The notes below the pieces were generated by a model. The model did no database searches. It was not told where the DNA came from and worked only from the letters and a program-made list of their open reading frames with translations. From Naegleria gruberi (taxonomy: Eukaryota): a DNA stretch of 64,000 nucleotides. Positions 1 to 11,294 of this stretch are shown in pieces; position 1 is the stretch's first letter, and every line of letters begins with the position of its first letter. The stretch lies in the NCBI GenBank assembly GCA_000004985.1, contig GG738846.1; one strand, given 5' to 3'. Made by a program: the position numbers and the translations under genes.

Positions 1-488
1 TCAATTTGTTGTTTGGCGTATTCCTTTTCCTCGGTTGTTGCAGTTGGATTGATAAGAAGTTTAATGAAACGATCGAAACGATCATGATCCTTTATCCACC
101 ACCTAAGTTGTTGTCTCATTGTAATTTTTTTATATTCTGCAGTTTCGTCAACCTTTGATTGTTCCCAAGCTTTTTTGAATTCGTTTGGATCCAAATTGTT
201 GAAAAATTGTTTTTGGAATGAATCTTTAATTTCCTCTCTTCTTTGTTCAAAGTCCTCTGCCTCTAATTGTTCTTCTCTTTCTTGTTTCATCTTTTCATAT
301 GATGTTTGTGTTGGTGTATTATTCTTTTGAAGAGGGGATGGTGGTTGTGAGAGTGCAGATTTTCCTCCAAACATTGGTTTTCTATTTGATGCTGATGTTG
401 AATTTAATGTTGAACAATGATGATAAGAACATTTTAGAATGGCGGAACGTGGAAGCAAAATTTGCTTTCTGAGGGATGATTTAATCAT
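1..488 (-). CDS. Partial CDS (5' part only, about 162 codons). ATG at 486-488 and the open frame runs off the window start. Hypothetical protein with a basic/Ser-rich N-terminus that may be a mitochondrial presequence.
   Basis: Manual minus-strand translation from the ATG at 486-488 is open to position 1 (MIKSSLRKQILLPRSAIL...EEKEYAKQQI). It is missing from the ORF track because no stop lies within the window. No family recognised. Confidence 0.45.
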   Translation of the reverse strand, partial: MIKSSLRKQILLPRSAILKCSYHHCSTLNSTSASNRKPMFGGKSALSQPPSPLQKNNTPTQTSYEKMKQEREEQLEAEDFEQRREEIKDSFQKQFFNNLDPNEFKKAWEQSKVDETAEYKKITMRQQLRWWIKDHDRFDRFIKLLINPTATTEEKEYAKQQI

Positions 489-550
489 TTTTTTAAAATT
501 GTTTTTCAAAATTTAAAATAATTGTCGGCTTTTCTCTCAAGATGGCGAAA

Positions 551-2415
551 TTAATGATATAAAGACTTCAAATTGGATGAGTCAAGATTTTTCACCTTCT
601 TTGATTCTGACTGGGTTGGTAGATTGAGTGGATTTTCAATAGCAAATTTAAGGGCTCGATATGTGTTCTTCTTATCAGAAAGATTCGTCCTATAGAGATC
701 AACGTTTTCATTGTACAAGTTCAAATTTTGTTTTTCTTTCGAAATACAAACATTTTTCTTAATTTCCTCATTCATAGAATCATCAATATTACTTAAGGCA
801 ACATCTAAATCAAACCAATCCTTATTGAATTCATATCTGTCGGCTGGAGCTTTTAAGTTTTGTCTAAAATCTTTAACGTCATATGTCACATTTACTTTTC
901 TGCCAATATCTTTCATTCTGTCATAGGATTCTGTTATCTTCTTAATTTCTGCTGTAGATTGCTGGCTGAACAATTTTGTTGTTGGTGATCTAAATGGACT
1001 CTTTGGGGTAAGGATTTTATCTGCTGTGTTATTTTCTTTTTGGATGGCTTTGAGATCTAACCTAGGTACTGCTGTTATGAAGAATGAGCTCTCCTGCGTT
1101 TCCTCTTGTTCTACAACTTCTATTGACGTTAATGGTTCCTGTTCCTTTATCTGGGGTGTACTCTTCTTGTTAATCTTATTTATATTAATTACCTGATTCT
1201 TTTTGTAAAACTGAGCGACTGGTACCTTAGATGAAGGGAGTTGTATGTTGTTGTCAATTAAAAGATTGATTGAATTCTTTTCACAATTATATCTGGCCCG
1301 TTCAACATCTTTTGGTCTTGCAGATATTGGGTTCATGAATACGTCTAATACTTCCAGACACACAAAATCCATTACATACAGATCCTCATGAAAAGTAATA
1401 AAATTCTCTTGTAACGAGATATTTTTCAGGTTCTGGAATACTTCTTTCCTTATTCGTGGTATTCTCTCTATTTTGTTCTTATTAAGATTGGCCTGGACCA
1501 AACTATTATAATTTAATGTTAGAAACAACATCCAAACAACGTACGTTGAAATTGAGCTTAGGGAAAGGAACACTCCATGATCAAGAACATTGTCCTCTAA
1601 AATAATTTCTTCCAATTTAAAATGTGATAAATCATTTGGAAGACCTTGTAAATTATTTCCACTCAAATCCAATTTTTTCAAAGATTTCAATTTTCCCAAC
1701 TCGTGAAATAGGTAAGGATCTGAAAAAGTATTATAGGAAATATTAAGAACCTGGCATGTGTAATTCTCAGAGATATTGTGATATGCTTACCTCCAATTTT
1801 GAAAAGGCTCCCTCGATATTATCTGGAACAGTAACCTTATTTAAAGCATTACAACCAATATTTAAATCTCTAAGAGATGATAGTACAGCAAACTTCTCAA
1901 ATGGTAAATAATTTCCAGATACATCAATATAGTACAAGTTTTCAAAAAGAATCAACTCATTTTCATCCACATAATCCAAATCCTTGTCCCCAACAATACA
2001 TTCCAAAACTTCTGATTCTGTTTCCGCATGGGTAATCCTCAACTTTATACAATCTTTCTTAATTCCAAACAAAAAAACTTACAATTAGATACTTTGAGAG
2101 TGGCTTATATTTTCTTCCAATTGATTGATTAGATTTTGATCTAAGTTCGGGAAGGGCTACTTCATTCCTATTCATCACAATTTCTCTGTGTGCAACAGAT
2201 TCCTCGGTTAACTTGTATATGAGCGTCTCCGACTTGGCCGTATTGATGGCAGTGTTGTTCTTATTTTTCTCAATTACAAATGTGTTAGGTCCCATCATTT
2301 TTATTCCGTGAAGCCTCTTGGCGTAGCTTGATCCTGGAGGAATTTGAGGAAGTCCGTTAAAATCAAACTGAGGTAATTCAACTCTAGTTCTCAATAGCCT
2401 CACTTGATTGTCCAT
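551..2415 (-). CDS. Leucine-rich-repeat protein in three coding blocks, approximately 2083-2415, 1790-2058 and 551-1719. The C-terminal half is Ser/Thr/Lys-rich.
   Basis: ORFs 2059-2415, 1767-2072 and 551-1699 are in staggered frames. They are joined by a 70-nt GTAAGC..TTTCAG intron at about 1720-1789, and by either a 25-nt GTAAGT..TTAAG micro-intron or a 1-nt frameshift at about 2059-2083. LRR consensus LxxLxLxxN appears repeatedly (LKKLDLSGNNLQGLP, LEEIILEDNVL, LEVLDVFMNPI). ATG at 2413-2415. Confidence 0.65.
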
Positions 2416-2516
2416 TTTTTTTTAAAATTAAAAAGATGTTTATTCGTAGTATTTTTAGCGGGAGATGTAAAATGTTCTCCACCTCAGTAGAACTCTAACC
2501 AACCAACGCCATTTAT

Positions 2517-4094
2517 TTAATAATCCTTTGGCAATGAATTCATTGGATCTTCAAAATGGCTCTTCTTTTTTCTATATTCCTCCATTTCTTGCTCTGATAT
2601 TTGATAATTCGATTTTGAATATGGTGAACCAGTTTCTAACTTTCGCTTCTTTTCTTGTTGGATTGGATATGAGAATTCTGATTTTCTTATATTCTCATTT
2701 TGCTTACTATTAATTGTTATTGGCTCCTCTTTGGTCGTTGTGCTAGTTTCCAAAATATTATTATTGGAGTTACAAAAACATTTTCTATCAAATTGACGAC
2801 AACATCTAAATCCCCATCCTTTGTTTGGATCCCAATGTGAACCAAAGACACTCGTGTGTCCATTATAGAATACATCCTCTTCATATTTACTCTTTATAGT
2901 AGCTTGGTGTTTACCTCCAATAATTCTACCACTTGTAGAGTATTCAGCATAATTTTCAGTTTGAGCAGTTACGTATTCTTGAGGCTTGTTTAAGAATTTT
3001 TCTCCTCCATATCTTTCTACTATTGCTTTTTTCCTAGTTTCTTCCAATTCTCTCTTCTTTTGTTTGAAATGTGAGTGGGCCATAAAGGCTTGTGAAGGCA
3101 CTGACGCAATATTAATATCCTCTCCTCTATTGACAGCATCCCACATAAACTTTTGGGCTTGAATAAACTCATTATACTCTCCAGTTTTCTTAGTGGCATT
3201 GTCGCCAGTATATGGAGCTTCTGAAGGATCAACAAAAGGTAAAGGGTTACCTCTCATAGAACGAGTTTTAGAATCATAGTGAGCACTATCTAATTCGAGA
3301 TTGTATAAATACTTTGGAATATCCTCTCTGGTACGAATTGATTGTGACACACTGGTAGTTTTCACTTCTTTTTTTCCACTTCTTCCAGATTTATCCAAAT
3401 CTTCATCTCCAGAATCTGATGATGAAAAATATTCATCATCACTAGAATCACTATTATTATTTTGTTTGTTTTCATTATCCTTTTCTTGATTACGTTGTTC
3501 TTTTTTCCTTTGTTTTTCTATCATTTTTTCATGAAGTTGACGATCCTTATTCTTCTTTCTTTCTTTTTCCAATTCTTGATGTACTTCCACAACCTCCTTT
3601 GCGTATAGACTCGAGTCATACCCATTCCAATTATCTCTTTTGGCTTCAAAGCCCTTGACTTGAATATTGTGAATTAAATCATCGGGAGCAATGTCACTAT
3701 TAGTAAGAGCAGCACCTTTTCTTCTAGGTCTTTCAGTGCACTCTTTTTCTTTATGGGTCATAGATCCACAATTCTTACAAGCACCTTTTCTGTATTTGGT
3801 GGCAGCTTGAATTTTTATTCCGCGATTGTACCAATTTCCAAACTCATCTTTTTCTTTTTCGGAATACCTCTGATGGTCTAAACTAGGAGCACCACGATCC
3901 AAGTACCAAGGAGCTTGTTTAATGTATTGTGGAATGTGAGGATTGATGTCTCTTCCTTGTTCATCTTTTTCCGGCATTACGAGACCATTTTTACGAGCCT
4001 CTTCTATTAATTGTTGTTTTTTATATTCATCTCTACTCAGACGTTGTGATGAAGCACTGGCAGATGGATTGCTCTTATTATTTGATGATGACAT
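2517..4094 (-). CDS. SLU7: Pre-mRNA splicing factor SLU7, single exon, 525 aa.
   Basis: ORF 2517-4094. It carries the conserved Slu7 motifs DINPHIPQYIKQAPWY and the CCHC zinc knuckle YRKGACKNCGSMTHKEKEC, plus a Lys/Glu-rich C-terminus typical of SLU7. Confidence 0.9.
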   Translation of the reverse strand: MSSSNNKSNPSASASSQRLSRDEYKKQQLIEEARKNGLVMPEKDEQGRDINPHIPQYIKQAPWYLDRGAPSLDHQRYSEKEKDEFGNWYNRGIKIQAATKYRKGACKNCGSMTHKEKECTERPRRKGAALTNSDIAPDDLIHNIQVKGFEAKRDNWNGYDSSLYAKEVVEVHQELEKERKKNKDRQLHEKMIEKQRKKEQRNQEKDNENKQNNNSDSSDDEYFSSSDSGDEDLDKSGRSGKKEVKTTSVSQSIRTREDIPKYLYNLELDSAHYDSKTRSMRGNPLPFVDPSEAPYTGDNATKKTGEYNEFIQAQKFMWDAVNRGEDINIASVPSQAFMAHSHFKQKKRELEETRKKAIVERYGGEKFLNKPQEYVTAQTENYAEYSTSGRIIGGKHQATIKSKYEEDVFYNGHTSVFGSHWDPNKGWGFRCCRQFDRKCFCNSNNNILETSTTTKEEPITINSKQNENIRKSEFSYPIQQEKKRKLETGSPYSKSNYQISEQEMEEYRKKKSHFEDPMNSLPKDY

Positions 4095-4167
4095 TTTTTT
4101 GATAAAAAAATTTTAAAATAGAAATTTGGTTGAAGGGTAATCCCGCTAATTTCTATCTACAAAAAAA
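4095..4167. promoter_or_regulatory. 73-bp divergent intergenic spacer between the SLU7 (-) and LRR/FBXL-like (+) start codons. It is a putative compact bidirectional promoter.
   Basis: Both start codons face outward from this AT-rich spacer. This is an inference only; no motif was verified. Confidence 0.3.
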
Positions 4168-6045
4168 ATGCTCAACCAAAGACTTCCTCCAACGAGAGGA
4201 GGGCACAGAAGTAGAGCCTCTTCGGCTGCCAATCAAGAAAATGAATTACGACCTCCAAGTGTTGATCCTAGAGCACAAACTCCGGAAATACCTAACGATG
4301 ATTTGGTAGCATCAAGACATGCTAGTGCATCCTCCTCTCTTGTACAAGCCTACAACAGGGCCAATCTTTCTAATTTAATACCTGGAGAAGCCAAACCAGC
4401 AAAAACTCTTGGTTTATTAAAATCTCTTACTGCAGAACAAAAACCACAACGAGACTATATCAAGTATCCTTTTATGCTTTATGAAGATACAGATAGGTAT
4501 TACTATTCGGACAATGTTCAAGCTTTTTGGAATGAAACAAGATCAAATCTGGAGGAAAATCAAGAATCATTCAAGGATTTATCTTCTGGCGCTACTGATT
4601 TCGAGGATGGAGATGAACAATTGCGAGAGGAACTATTTTCTATTCATACCCAAACCAAAGCTAAAACACTCTGGGCAATTAGTAGTGGTATGTCTTCATT
4701 GGAAAAAACCTCTTCTCCCTTTACAAGGGAAGAGAAGGTTGTAAACTTGGATATGAGGGCAATTGTATCCTCTAGACCTGCTTCGTCTGGTTCAACAACA
4801 AGGTCAGCAAGAACTAGTCAATATATGGCAGGTCCATTTTCTGATTTAATTGATTCGGTTGATAATTCTGGAACTAAATTTAAACAAATTGATGACACAA
4901 AGGATCACACAAAAAGAAGTTATATTATTAATGCAAGTGGAAGATCAATCTCTTCGATTTATCATCCAAATACTAAACGACCAAGCAGAATATCTAATTT
5001 TGTTGAGAATATGAGTATAACTAATGAGTCTTTATTTACTTTTATTTCAACAGAAAATGTGATAACGTTAGACCTTGAAAGATGCGTTGAAATAGATAAT
5101 AAGGTGCTAAAAAGTATTGGAGAGTACTGTCCTAGGTTAAACTCTTTGAATTTACAACATTGTTCACAACTTCGTGACAGTACCATTAGAATCATTGTTA
5201 ATGGATGTTCTGATATTCAAAATCTAAATATTGGCATGTGTCATCTCGTTACAGATGAAAGTCTTGTTGAAATTTTCACACATTGCAGAAAACTAAGAGT
5301 GTTGTCTGTTCATTCATGTGAAATGATAACCGGAGAATTATCGTTCCGCATGACAAAGAATACGCCATTTTTGGAAGTATTGGATATTAGTTTTTGCACA
5401 AAATTTTCAGATATTGCACTTCAATTCTTGTCTGAGTACTGTACTAGATTGAAACATTTGGATGTAAGTGGTTGTCCTCTAATTCAAGATGAGGGACTGT
5501 TATCAATCTGCAAGCATTGTCCTCAAATTGTAACAATGAGAACTACTATTTTATCCCAACCTACCATCACAAGTGATTCTCTTTCTTTCCTAACTAACTA
5601 TGCCAGAAATTTAGAAGTTCTTGAACTTAGTGGAATATTTCAAATTAAGGATGAGTCTGTTGTGGAAATTTGTAAATATGGTCAACGCCTAGAATTTCTT
5701 TCTCTTAGTGGATGTCCAAATATTACAGACGATTCAATTAACGCAATTTCAGATCATTGCCAAAATTTACGTTGCTTAGAAGTTGCTGGGTGTAGGAAAA
5801 TTAGTGTACAGGCTCTATTGGAACTCATTCACAAAGTAACCAAGTTAAGAAGATTGGTTGTTACTAGATGTAATATTTCAATTGAGGAATTAGACATTCT
5901 TAGAAAATTCACAAACGGAAGAGTTAATGTTGTCAAGCAAGAACCAATACCAAAAGAAAAAATTAAGGAGTACTTTACTGTTATTAAGGAAAAAGCAGTG
6001 AAAAAGAAAATATCTAAAAAGAAAGGAGAAAAGAAGAAGAAATAA
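4168..6045 (+). CDS. Leucine-rich-repeat protein of the cysteine-containing subtype (FBXL/AMN1-like), single exon, 625 aa. The N-terminal 270 aa are low-complexity and Ser-rich.
   Basis: ORF 4168-6045 with ATG at 4168. It has repeated ~26-aa LRR_cc units (CPRLNSLNLQHCSQLRDSTI, CSDIQNLNIGMCHLVTDESL, CRKLRVLSVHSCEMITGE, CQNLRCLEVAGCRKISVQAL). A canonical F-box is not obvious. Confidence 0.7.
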   Translation: MLNQRLPPTRGGHRSRASSAANQENELRPPSVDPRAQTPEIPNDDLVASRHASASSSLVQAYNRANLSNLIPGEAKPAKTLGLLKSLTAEQKPQRDYIKYPFMLYEDTDRYYYSDNVQAFWNETRSNLEENQESFKDLSSGATDFEDGDEQLREELFSIHTQTKAKTLWAISSGMSSLEKTSSPFTREEKVVNLDMRAIVSSRPASSGSTTRSARTSQYMAGPFSDLIDSVDNSGTKFKQIDDTKDHTKRSYIINASGRSISSIYHPNTKRPSRISNFVENMSITNESLFTFISTENVITLDLERCVEIDNKVLKSIGEYCPRLNSLNLQHCSQLRDSTIRIIVNGCSDIQNLNIGMCHLVTDESLVEIFTHCRKLRVLSVHSCEMITGELSFRMTKNTPFLEVLDISFCTKFSDIALQFLSEYCTRLKHLDVSGCPLIQDEGLLSICKHCPQIVTMRTTILSQPTITSDSLSFLTNYARNLEVLELSGIFQIKDESVVEICKYGQRLEFLSLSGCPNITDDSINAISDHCQNLRCLEVAGCRKISVQALLELIHKVTKLRRLVVTRCNISIEELDILRKFTNGRVNVVKQEPIPKEKIKEYFTVIKEKAVKKKISKKKGEKKKK

Positions 6046-6124
6046 ATACTTTTTAAAAGTCAACTGCCTTACGTGAAAGTTTATTTTTGACCATTGTTGT
6101 ATTGTAGTTGTTCCCGCCAATGTT

Positions 6125-9100
6125 TTGCACAAAATAAAAAAAATGCTAAACAATGGTATGTTGATTAATGTTTGCCATTGTATTCATGACTTTATAGCCT
6201 GGCAACAGCCGTACGTAAACCTAGTAAAATTATGCTCCGAGAAGGGGAAACAACATTCTTGTGAAGGAGGAGTTACGCAAGAGATGGATCGAGACATCGG
6301 AAGAACAGTATTCAGAATTAAAGGTTCTGTGCCATCAAATAACTATATTTCCTTTCCATCATCTATTCCTAAAAATAAGGGTGATGTGCTTGGTTTAATT
6401 GGTCAATTTTGTTACGTAGAGTTGAGAGCTAATAGGGATGTATTTGTATTTCATGTTGAGATTATGACTAAGGATGAATTAACCTTTAGATTTTCTTTCG
6501 GAAACATTTCCAAACAATTCAAAGTAAGTTATCAAAGAGATCTCTTGTTTTAATTTCAATTAGAAAACTCATAATTCAATTTTCATACCCGTTGATTATC
6601 TGTCCGAGAGTTGGACTGTGCTTGCCATAGATTTTAAAGCTCTTGTTCAGACACACCTAGATAAAGTATTCAAATGTATTAGAGGCATAATTACTTGTTC
6701 AAACCTGTCATTGAAGAATGTATACACAAGTGACAATATCTATTCTACGGACACACTTACTAAAGACATGTTTCTTCCAGTTCCAAAAGGAAGTAGTTGG
6801 ACTGATCTTTATGAATGGCATTGGATTCCATCAGAACCAACAAATATCAAATTAGCATGTATTATTGACCCTCAAACTCTTAAAAAGCCTTCAACTAGTT
6901 TTAATACAAGTAGGACTTCATCAATTGGATCCGCCAACTCTAGACGATCAAAAATTACTGGTGTTTCTAATAAGAGTATGCTGACACCTTCTCCAATTTT
7001 GGATATCAAACGTTTTATTGGATACAATTGTTACTATAATTCCAACTTGTGTTGGACTTTGGATTCAAATTACTGTATTTTCCCAAGTGGCTCATCAATT
7101 ATCAAAATGGAAGTAGCTACAGGTAAGTAATTCTTTGATGGTGATGCTGAAAAATAATAGGAACCCAAACTGCTTTTCAAGGTCATACCCAATCCATCAC
7201 CTCTATTTGTACAGATTACAAATGTAGTATTATAGCAAGTATTCAGAATAATATTCCTCTGATTAGGTTATGGGATATCGAATCTGGGAGATGTTTATCT
7301 GTTTTAAAAGGTCAAGAGACTGAAATTAGTTGTGTTTGCATATCTGATAGTGGGAATGTAATGGTAACAATTGGAAAAGATAAATCTCTAAAGACTCAGT
7401 TTATTATTTGGGATATTTCAAATATTAGAGATTCTGGTGAAGATGTTCCTATTATTTCTAAATATGTATGCGATTATTCAGTTCAAAAGGTCAAATTTGC
7501 TCCCAATGAAGAAACTAAATTTGTTACTTGTGGAATGGAAAATATTAGATTGTGGAGATTGAAAGGTGGAATAGTTAGAGGTTGTTCACTCTCTCTGGAA
7601 AACTATAGTCTAACAAAACAAAACTTTCTTGATATTGCTTTCGAAAAGGCATTTCTTTCTCCTCATGTAAGTATTTCAGGTTGATGAAACTTAAATGTTA
7701 TTCTTAGTTAGGAGACAAAGACCACAGATTCTACTTAGGAACCGAATCAGGTGCTATTTATCAAGTAAATTATAATAAGAGAATAATAGAGTGTGTATTC
7801 CAACTTCATAACAGTGCAATCAATACTCTCTACATTAATGAAGGAATTTGTATTACAGGATCTGCTGATAAGTTTGTTAGAGTTTGGCCCCTAGATTTCT
7901 CTGATTTTTTCATAGAGGCTGAATTGGAAAACTCTGTCACCAGTGTTGTGACATCTAAGGATGGATTCAAAGCTCTTATAGGAGACTCAAATGGATCTAT
8001 TGGAATTTTGGAAATAAGTACTCAGATCTACAGATCAGTACTACGATCTCACACAAAAACTGTTTTGGACGTAGTTAGTGATCCTAGTAGAATGGAGTTT
8101 GCTTCTGTGTCTCTTGATAGAACAATCAGAATTTGGGATCTTACAACTTTAAATCAAAAATATCAATTCGATATTGACGGAGAGAGCCCAATTTGTGTGG
8201 ACTACCACAAGACAGAGTACATGATAGCATGTGGATTCGAGTCTGGTATTGTAAGAATCTTTGAAGTCAACACAACCCAAGTTCTCGAAGAGTACAAGGC
8301 ACACTTGTCTGATGTATTGGCCATAGCATACACATTTGATTCCAAGTGGCTAATCACCTCTTCCAAAGAATCTATTTGTATCTCAGATACCAAACACATG
8401 TACCAACCCGTCAAGGTTATTCCCTACACATGTGAATGCAAAAGGGTGTGTTTATCATTGAGCAGAGATGGAAGATTCTTTGCATTTATTGGACCAAATA
8501 GAAATATTATACATGTGTACAGCTGTAAAGACTTTGAAGAAGTTTATATTTTCGAAACTCCAACCGACTTGTTCGAAGGAATAGTCTTTTCCTCTGATTC
8601 TAAGGAAATAATTGCATCCACTTCAGACAACAAGCTAATGGCCATTTGTTTGGAAAAAGGAGAAATTATTTCAGAAACTGTAAGTAGGTCGATTAGTTTG
8701 AAATTTACATCTTTATCAAAGGAATATTCAAGTAAAAACTATGCTGTAACACTAGACACAAGTCAAAATGGAAAATATTTAGTTACTGGAGGTGACGATA
8801 AATTAATAAGGGTCTGGAACTCGAAAGACTTGGCCAACTTTAGCTGTCAAAAATTTGTTGGTCATTCTGGAGAAATTAAGAAGGTTCTTTTCAGTTCAGA
8901 TTATGGTCATGTCATTAGTTGCGGAGATAATGGTATAATTGTTTGGAACTTCTTAGGAGACAAATCAAGAGATATTAATCTAATGATCGAAACACACTTG
9001 GAAAGAAAGATGATGGAAAAGAAAAAAAAGGAAGATTTTGAAGTTGATGATTTACCAAATAGATATAATGATCTTTTCTCTAAAGCTTTAGAGGAAAAGA

Positions 9101-11289
9101 TGAGACATGATATTGAGACACTTAAAGATGATCCTGCTGTTAAGGAAGATCCAAAAGAGGATCCTAAAACAACCACTTTACCGTCAAATGAACATAATAA
9201 GAATATCATTACACCATTCAGACAATATAAGCTAAATAGACCTATCTCAAGAGTAACTGTGCGCGACAGAAATATGCCCACTGAAAACCCCTGCCTTAAA
9301 TTAGGAAGAATTACTGGATATAATGGAAATGCCAGAGAGAACTTGATTTGGGATGAACCAAACAAACGTTTGATTTACACATCTGGAAATGTTATTATTA
9401 TTGAAGATATCTTGACCAGACACCAACAATATCTTTTCGGTCATGAACATGAAATTAATGCACTAGCAATCCACCCAAACGGAAAAATATTGGCATCGTG
9501 TGGTGGGGTAAAAGGAATTACAATGGATTCACCAATTTTGTTTTGGAGTCTGGAAACAAACTCTGCTTTCAAGAAATTAGATTACCACAGATGGGGTGTT
9601 TTGGCAATGGACTTTTCTTATGACGGAAAGTATTTTGTTAGTGTTGGCGTCAATGAATATGATGAGAAAAACGTACTGGCTGTATGGTCTGTAGAAACTG
9701 GAAAAATGATTGTTAATGCTATGGTTTCAGAGATAATCCATGCTGTAAAATGGTTTCCAACCTCTCCTTCATCAGAGTTTATTACCACAGGCAAAAATTC
9801 CATCATTTTTTGGTATTTGAATCCAGAAGGGCAATTGCTAATGTCTCCAGCTAAGGTTGATGAAACATATGTGATAAGTGGAAATAGAGATGGAGAAACT
9901 ATTACTCACTATTCTTGCATTGGATTTAGTGAAGACTATAGAAGTGCTTGGGTTGGCTCAACACAAGGCTCAATTTATTGTTTTAATATTGAGACAAATG
10001 AACTCGAGTTCAAGTGGGTGGATGCTCACGATTCTGAGGTAGATTATGTTTATTGGAGGAAAAACACTGTTATCACAGCAGGAACAGACTGCCAAATCAA
10101 GAGGTGGAAGGTTAGCAAAAAAGACAAAATCTATACCATGATACTCAGGGAGCAAATGGAAGTTGATACACCAATTACTTCTGCTTATTTTGATAATGAC
10201 AAGTGTAATCAAGGAGTAGTTGGAACGGCATCTGGAACTATTTGGTATATTAATTGGGAGCAGCAACAGTGCATTAGATTGATCAGTTGCCATTCAAATT
10301 TTGTTACAGGAATTGTAAAGGTTAATGACTATCTTACTTCATGCTCTCATGATGGTTCTCTACGTATTTGGTCCAGAGTTGATGAAAATCAAGTAGTATC
10401 CTATAACCAAATTCTTGAACTAAAGAGAGGAGAGACTAATCCCACCCCTGCACTCTGTATGTGTAACAGTACAACTAGTAACCTTGTAGCAGTAGGATTT
10501 TTGGATGGATCGATCTATATTAATTATCTTAATGATCTCGAAAATGTTTTAAAGAACAAGATAAGACCTCATGAAGAAGCAATAACATGTATAGCTCTAA
10601 CACCAAGCAACAGAATCATCACAGGAAGTGCAGGTGGTTTAATTACTATTGTTGATAATTTAGTTAATATTTCAGAAGATACCTCACTGGCACCTACAGA
10701 ATTTTTGGAAAATAGATTTGTATTTATCAAGGAGTTTTTAGGTCACAGATTATGTTCTCTTGATTATGATGCTAAATCAAGACGATTTGTAAATACAACT
10801 GCCACAGGCCTCGTGTCTGTTTGGAATGAGAATGACTTGTCTCAAGTTGCCAAGTTTGCCCCACATATTTATACCAGAAAGGTTGCAGAAAAGGAAAAGT
10901 ATGAAGTGGATATCATTGCCAAATTCTCTCCTTTTGATTCAGATTTATTATTGATTACTGCTCCTTCTAAAGGTACCCCCAAGATTGAGTTTTACAATTA
11001 TAAGAGGGAATATTGTGTTAAAGTTGTCGACTTGAATAGATTTGTCAGTTGTTTTGCTGTGTCTGTAAAACACAAATTAATTGCATTTGGTTCTAGAGAA
11101 AGAATGGTAGCTATAATGGACTATGATAGTGGTGAGTTTGAAGAATATGAAGCTCATGGAGATTGTGTTAAATCTATCATGTTCGATGATACTACCGATC
11201 AAGTCTTATCCTCTGGGTTTTCTGATTTGGTTGTGTGGAAAGTCGGCTCATCAAGACCATCAGGTAAAAATATCAACACAACAAACTAA
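6125..11289 (+). CDS. WDR90: WDR90/POC16 homologue: N-terminal DUF667 (CFAP20-like) domain followed by many WD40 repeats, about 1,680 aa. A centriole/ciliary-base protein.
   Basis: Four exons joined manually: 6125-6523, 6564-7122, 7161-7666 and 7708-11289. Introns are 40, 38 and 41 nt, all GTAAGT..YAG, and phases are consistent. The spliced protein matches WDR90 segment by segment (VFRIKGSVPSNNYISFP, MFLPVPKGSSWTDLY, IRLWRLKGGIVRGCSLSLE..LDIAFEKA, VRVWPLDFSDFFIEAE). The start may be the ATG at 6125 or at 6143. Confidence 0.85.
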
Positions 11290-11294
11290 AAAAT

